Shown: positions 56,601 through 64,000 of the stretch, one piece after another
Position numbering within the stretch: position 1 is the stretch's first letter
How the letters are laid out: each line of letters begins with the position of its first letter
NCBI GenBank assembly: GCA_950097015.1
Contig: CATNEN010000015.1
Span: 1,116,001-1,180,000, forward strand
Direction of reading: 5' to 3'
DNA length: 64,000 bases
From: Macrostomum hystrix
Taxonomy: Eukaryota; Animalia; Platyhelminthes
Translations under genes and position numbers: made by a program
Notes under the pieces: generated by a model
The model's input: only the letters and a program-made list of their open reading frames with translations
What the model was told of the DNA's origin: nothing
Databases searched by the model: none

Positions 56601-59600
56601 TCCAGATCCTCAGAATCAGATAGAATCATCCCAGATCCTCAGAATCAGATAGAATCATCCCAGATCCTCATATTCAGATAGAATCATCCCAGATCCTCAG
56701 ATTCAGATAGAATCATCCCAGATCCTCAGATTCAGATAGAATCATCCCAGATCCTGAGATTCAGATAGAATCATTTCAGATCCTCATATTCAGATAGAAT
56801 CATCCCACATCCTCAGAATCAGATAGAATAATCCCAGATCCTCAGAATCAGATAGAATCATCCCAGATCCTCATATTCAGATAGAATCATTTCAGATCCT
56901 CATATTCAGATAGAATCATCCCAGATCCTCAGATTCAGATAGAATCATCCCAGATCCTCATATTCAGATAGAATCATCCCAGATCCTCAGATTCAGATAG
57001 AATCATCCCAGATCCTCAGATTCAGATAGAATCATCCCAGATCCTCATATTCAGATAGAATCATTTCAGATCCTCAGAATCAGATAGAATCATTTCAGAT
57101 CCTCAGAATCAGATAGAATAATCCCAGATCCTCAGATTCAGATAGAATCATCCCAGATCCTCAGATTCAGATAGAATCATCCCAGATCCTCAGATTCAGA
57201 TAGAATCATCCCAGATCCTGAGATTCAGATAGAATCATTTCAGATCCTCTGATTCAGATAGAATCATTCCAGATCCTCAGAATCAGATAGAATCATTCCA
57301 GATCCTCAGAATCAGATAGAATCATCCCAGATCCTCAGAATCAGATAGAATCATCCCAGATCCTCAGAATCAGATAGAATCATCCCAGATCCTCAGAATC
57401 AGATAGAATCATCCCAGATCCTCAGATTCAGATAGAATCATCCTAAATCCTCAGATTCAGTTAGAATCATCCCAGATCCTCAGATTCAGATAGAATCATC
57501 CCAGATCCTCAGATTCAGATAGAATCATTCCAGATCCTCATATTCAGATAGAATCATCCCAGATCCTCAGAATCAGATAGAATAATCCCAGATCCTCAGA
57601 TTCAGATAGAATCATTCCAGATCCTCAGATTCAGATAGAATCATCCCAGATCCTCAGATTCAGATAGAATCATCCCAGATCCTGAGATTCAGATAGAATC
57701 ATTTCAGATCCTCTGATTCAGATAGAATCATTCCAGATCCTCAGAATCAGATAGAATCATCCCAGATCCTCAGAATCAGATAGAATCATCCCAGATCCTC
57801 AGAATCCGATAGAATCATCCCAGATCCTCAGAATCAGATAGAATCATACCAGATCCTCAGAATCAGATAGAATCATCCCAGATCCTCATATTCAGGTAGA
57901 ATCATTTCAGATCCTGATATTCAGATAGAATCATCCCAGATCCTCAGATTCAGATAGAATCATCCTAAATCCTCAGATTCAGATAGAATCATCCCAGATC
58001 CTCATATTCAGATAGAATCATTTCAGATCCTCATATTCAGATAGAATCATCCCAGATCCTCAGATTCAGATAGAATCATCCCAGATCCTCATATTCAGAT
58101 AGAATCATCCCAGATCCTCAGATTCAGATAGAATCATCCCAGATCCTCATATTCAGATAGAATCATCCCAGATCCTCAGATTCAGATAGAATCATCCCAG
58201 ATCCTCAGATTCAGATAGAATCATCCCAGATCCTCAGATTCAGATAGAATCATCCCAGATCCTGAGATTCAGATAGAATCATTTCAGATCCTCATATTCA
58301 GATAGAATCATCCCAGATCCTCAGAATCAGATAGAATCATCCCAGATCCTCATATTCAGATACAATCATTTCAGATCCTCATATTCAGATAGAATAATCC
58401 CAGATCCTCAGATTCAGATAGAATCATCCCAGATCCTCAGAATCAGATAGAATCATCCCAGATCCTCAGAATCAGATAGAATCATTCCAGATCCTCAGAT
58501 TCAGATAGAATCATCCCAGATCCTGAGATTCAGATAGAATAATTTCAGATCCTCATATTCAGATAGAATCATCCCACATCCTCAGAATCAGATAGAATCA
58601 TCCCAGATCCTCAGATTCAGATAGAATCATCCCAGATCCTCATATTCAGATAGAATCATCCCAGATCCTCTGATTCAGATAGAATCATTTCAGATCCTCA
58701 TATTCAGATAGAATCATCCCAGATCCTCAGATTCAGATAGAATCATCCCAGATCCTCATATTCAGATACAATCATTTCAGATCCTCATATTCAGATAGAA
58801 TAATCCCAGATCCTCAGATTCAGATAGAATCATCCCAGATCCTCATATTCAGATACAATCATTTCAGATCCTCATATTCAGATAGAATAATCCCAGATCC
58901 TCAGATTCAGATAGAATCATCCCAGATCCTCATATTCAGATAGAATCATCCCAGATCCTCAGATTCAGATAGAATCATCCCAGATCCTCAGATTCAGATA
59001 GAATCATCCCAGATCCTCAGATTCAGATAGAATCATCCCAGATCCTCAGATTCAGATAGAATCATTTCAGATCCTCATATTCAGATAGAATCATCCCACA
59101 TCCTCAGAATCAGATAGAATAATCCCAGATCCTCAGAATCAGATAGAATCATCCCAGATCCTCAGATTCAGATAGAATCATCCCAGATCCTCATATTCAG
59201 ATAGAATCATCCCAGATCCTCAGATTCAGATAGAATCATCCCAGATCCTCATATTCAGATAGAATCATCCCAGATCCTCAGATTCAGATAGAATCATCCC
59301 AGATCCTCAGAATCAGATAGAATCATCCCAGATCCTCAGAATCAGATAGAATCATCCCAGATCCTCAGATTCAGATAGAATCATCCCAGATCCTCAGATT
59401 CAGATAGAATCATCCCAGATCCTCATATTCAGATAGAATCATCCCAGATCCTCAGATTCAGATAGAATCATCCCAGATCCTCATATTCAGATAGAATCAT
59501 CCCAGATCCTCAGATTCAGATAGAATCATCCCAGATCCTCAGATTCAGATAGAATCATCCCAGATCCTCAGATTCAGATAGAATCATCCCAGATCCTGAG

Positions 59601-62600
59601 ATTCAGATAGAATCATTTCAGATCCTCATATTCAGATAGAATCATCCCAGATCCTCAGAATCAGATAGAATCATCCCAGATCCTCAGAATCAGATAGAAT
59701 CATCCCAGATCCTCTGATTCAGATAGAATCATTCCAGATCCTCAGAATCAGATAGAATCATCCCAGATCCTCAGAATCAGATAGAATCATCCCAGATCCT
59801 CATATTCAGATAGAATCATCCCAGATCCTCAGATTCAGATAGAATCATCCCAGATCCTCAGATTCAGATAGAATCATCCCAGATCCTGAGATTCAGATAG
59901 AATCATTTCAGATCCTCATATTCAGATAGAATCATCCCACATCCTCAGAATCAGATAGAATAATCCCAGATCCTCAGAATCAGATAGAATCATCCCAGAT
60001 CCTCATATTCAGATAGAATCATTTCAGATCCTCATATTCAGATAGAATCATCCCAGATCCTCAGATTCAGATAGAATCATCCCAGATCCTCATATTCAGA
60101 TAGAATCATCCCAGATCCTCAGATTCAGATAGAATCATCCCAGATCCTCAGATTCAGATAGAATCATCCCAGATCCTCAGATTCAGATAGAATCATCCCA
60201 GATCCTCATATTCAGATAGAATCATTTCAGATCCTCATATTCAGATAGAATCATTTCAGATCCTCAGAATCAGATAGAATAATCCCAGATCCTCAGATTC
60301 AGATAGAATCATCCCAGATCCTCAGATTCAGTTAGAATCATCCCAGATCCTCAGATTCAGATAGAATCATCCCAGATCCTGAGATTCAGATAGAATCATT
60401 TCAGATCCTCTGATTCAGATAGAATCATTCCAGATCCTCAGAATCAGATAGAATCATTCCAGATCCTCAGAATCAGATAGAATCATCCCAGATCCTCAGA
60501 ATCAGATAGAATCATCCCAGATCCTCAGAATCAGATAGAATCATCCCAGATCCTCAGAATCAGATAGAATCATCCCAGATCCTCAGATTCAGATAGAATC
60601 ATCCTAAATCCTCAGATTCAGTTAGAATCATCCCAGATCCTCAGATTCAGATAGAATCATTCCAGATCCTCAGAATCAGATAGAATCATCCCAGATCCTC
60701 AGAATCAGATAGAATCATCCCAGATCCTCAGAATCCGATAGAATCATCCCAGATCCTCAGAATCAGATAGAATCATACCAGATCCTCAGAATCAGATAGA
60801 ATCATCCCAGATCCTCATATTCAGGTAGAATCATTTCAGATCCTGATATTCAGATAGAATCATCCCAGATCCTCAGATTCAGATAGAATCATCCTAAATC
60901 CTCAGATTCAGATAGAATCATCCCAGATCCTCATATTCAGATAGAATCATTTCAGATCCTCATATTCAGATAGAATCATCCCAGATCCTCAGATTCAGAT
61001 AGAATCATCCCAGATCCTCATATTCAGATAGAATCATCCCAGATCCTCAGATTCAGATAGAATCATCCCAGATCCTCATATTCAGATAGAATCATCCCAG
61101 ATCCTCAGATTCAGATAGAATCATCCCAGATCCTCAGATTCAGATAGAATCATCCCAGATCCTCAGATTCAGATAGAATCATCCCAGATCCTGAGATTCA
61201 GATAGAATCATTTCAGATCCTCATATTCAGATAGAATCATCCCAGATCCTCAGAATCAGATAGAATCATCCCAGATCCTCATATTCAGATACAATCATTT
61301 CAGATCCTCATATTCAGATAGAATAATCCCAGATCCTCAGATTCAGATAGAATCATCCCAGATCCTCAGAATCAGATAGAATCATCCCAGATCCTCAGAA
61401 TCAGATAGAATCATTCCAGATCCTCAGATTCAGATAGAATCATCCCAGATCCTGAGATTCAGATAGAATCATTTCAGATCCTCATATTCAGATAGAATCA
61501 TCCCACATCCTCAGAATCAGATAGAATCATCCCAGATCCTCAGATTCAGATAGAATCATCCCAGATCCTCATATTCAGATAGAATCATCCCAGATCCTCT
61601 GATTCAGATAGAATCATTTCAGATCCTCATATTCAGATAGAATCATCCCAGATCCTCAGATTCAGATAGAATCATCCCAGATCCTCATATTCAGATACAA
61701 TCATTTCAGATCCTCATATTCAGATAGAATAATCCCAGATCCTCAGATTCAGATAGAATCATCCCAGATCCTCATATTCAGATACAATCATTTCAGATCC
61801 TCATATTCAGATAGAATAATCCCAGATCCTCAGATTCAGATAGAATCATCCCAGATCCTCATATTCAGATAGAATCATCCCAGATCCTCAGATTCAGATA
61901 GAATCATCCCAGATCCTTAGATTCAGATAGAATCATCCCAGATCCTCAGATTCAGATAGAATCATCCCAGATCCTCAGATTCAGATAGAATCATTTCAGA
62001 TCCTCATATTCAGATAGAATCATCCCACATCCTCAGAATCAGATAGAATAATCCCAGATCCTCAGAATCAGATAGAATCATCCCAGATCCTCAGATTCAG
62101 ATAGAATCATCCCAGATCCTCATATTCAGATAGAATCATCCCAGATCCTCAGATTCAGATAGAATCATCCCAGATCCTCATATTCAGATAGAATCATCCC
62201 AGATCCTCAGATTCAGATAGAATCATCCCAGATCCTCAGAATCAGATAGAATCATCCCAGATCCTCAGAATCAGATAGAATCATTTCAGATCCTCAGATT
62301 CAGATAGAATCATCCCAGATCCTCAGATTCGGATAGAATCATCCCGGATCCTCATATTCAGATAGAATCATCCCAGATCCTCATATTCAGATAGAATCAT
62401 CCCAGATCCTCATATTCAGATAGAATCATCCCAGATCCTCAGATTCAGATAGAATCATCCCAGATCCTCAGATTCAGATAGAATCATCCCAGATCCTCAT
62501 ATTCAGATAGAATCATCCCAGATCCTCATATTCAGATAGAATCATCCCAGATCCTCAGATTCAGATAGAATCATCCCAGATCCTCAGAATCAGATAGAAT

Positions 62601-64000
62601 CATCCCAGATCCTCAGATTCGGATAGAATCATCCCGGATCCTCATATTCAGATAGAATCATCCCAGATCCTCATATTCAGATAGAATCATCCCAGATCCT
62701 CATATTCAGATAGAATCATCCCAGATCCTCATATTCAGATAGAATCATCCCAGATCCTCAGATTCAGATAGAATCATTCCAGATCCTCAGATTCAGATAG
62801 AATCATCCCAGATCCTCAGATTCAGATAGAATCATCCCAGATCCTCAGATTCAGATAAAATCATTTCAGATCCTCATTTTCAGATAGAATCATCCCAGAT
62901 CCTCAGATTCAGATAAAATCATCCCAGATCCTCAGATTCAGATAGAATCATTTCAGATCCTCATATTCAGATAGAATCATCCCAGATCCTCAGATTCAGA
63001 TAGAATCATCCCAGATCCTCATATTCAGATACAATCATTTCAGATCCTCATATTCAGATAGAATAATCCCAGATCCTCAGATTCAGATAGAATCATCCCA
63101 GATCCTCATATTCAGATACAATCATTTCAGATCCTCATATTCAGATAGAATAATCCCAGATCCTCAGATTCAGATAGAATCATCCCAGATCCTCATATTC
63201 AGATAGAATCATCCCAGATCCTCAGATTCAGATAGAATCATCCCAGATCCTCAGATTCAGATAGAATCATCCCAGATCCTCAGATTCAGATAGAATCATC
63301 CCAGATCCTCAGATTCAGATAGAATCATTTCAGATCCTCATATTCAGATAGAATCATCCCACATCCTCAGAATCAGATAGAATAATCCCAGATCCTCAGA
63401 ATCAGATAGAATCATCCCAGATCCTCAGATTCAGATAGAATCATCCCAGATCCTCATATTCAGATAGAATTATCCCAGATCCTCAGATTCAGATAGAATC
63501 ATCCCAGATCCTCATATTCAGATAGAATCATCCCAGATCCTCAGATTCAGATAGAATCATCCCAGATCCTCAGAATCAGATAGAATCATCCCAGATCCTC
63601 AGAATCAGATAGAATCATCCCAGATCCTCAGATTCAGATAGAATCATCCCAGATCCTCAGATTCGGATAGAATCATCCCGGATCCTCATATTCAGATAGA
63701 ATCATCCCAGATCCTCATATTCAGATAGAATCATCCCAGATCCTCATATTCAGATAGAATCATCCCAGATCCTCATATTCAGATAGAATCATCCCAGATC
63801 CTCAGATTCAGATAGAATCATTCCAGATCCTCAGATTCAGATAGAATCATCCCAGATCCTCAGATTCAGATAGAATCATCCCAGATCCTCAGATTCAGAT
63901 AAAATCATCCCAGATCCTCAGATTCAGATAGAATCATCCCAGATCCTCAGATTCAGATAGAATCATCCCAGATCCTCATATTCAGATAGAATCATCCCAG
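35623..64000 (+). repeat. 29-bp satellite (GATAGAATCATCCCAGATCCTCAGATTCA)n, about 978 units, running off the window end
   Basis: Monomer starts at 35623, 42003, 50065 and 63985 are all exact multiples of 29 apart; variation appears to be by substitution. Confidence 0.99.

Noticed and set aside
25801-64000. CRISPR-like array
   Set aside because: Monomers are head-to-tail with no unique spacers, there are no cas genes, and the context is eukaryotic.

Overview
Eukaryotic (invertebrate-like) window with no prokaryotic genes or CRISPR arrays; the host is possibly a flatworm such as Macrostomum, which I cannot verify. It runs from a transposon-rich zone into large satellite arrays. 1-17 kb is a nest of retroelements: a decayed RNase H-bearing LINE interrupted by a 1.9-kb internally deleted Gypsy element (5-bp TSD), Gypsy RT and BEL/Pao remnants, and an intact 4,259-bp Gypsy element. 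That element has identical 187-bp LTRs, a -1 frameshift signal, and a primer-binding site that complements the 5' end (nt 1-12) of a tRNA rather than its 3' CCA end. 18.0-20.8 kb (minus strand) holds a reconstructable 4-exon, 604-aa secreted protein gene with two copies of an unrecognised ~85-aa domain followed by a fibrinogen-related domain. Its exon 2 is duplicated at 11.1-11.7 kb with compensating frameshifts. 21.5-25.8 kb is AT-rich DNA with degenerate satellite monomers grading into a 20-bp satellite (25.8-35.6 kb). This joins, at a perfect hairpin, a 29-bp satellite that stays in exact register for 978 units to the end of the window. All ORF-track hits in 25.8-35.7 kb are satellite artefacts.
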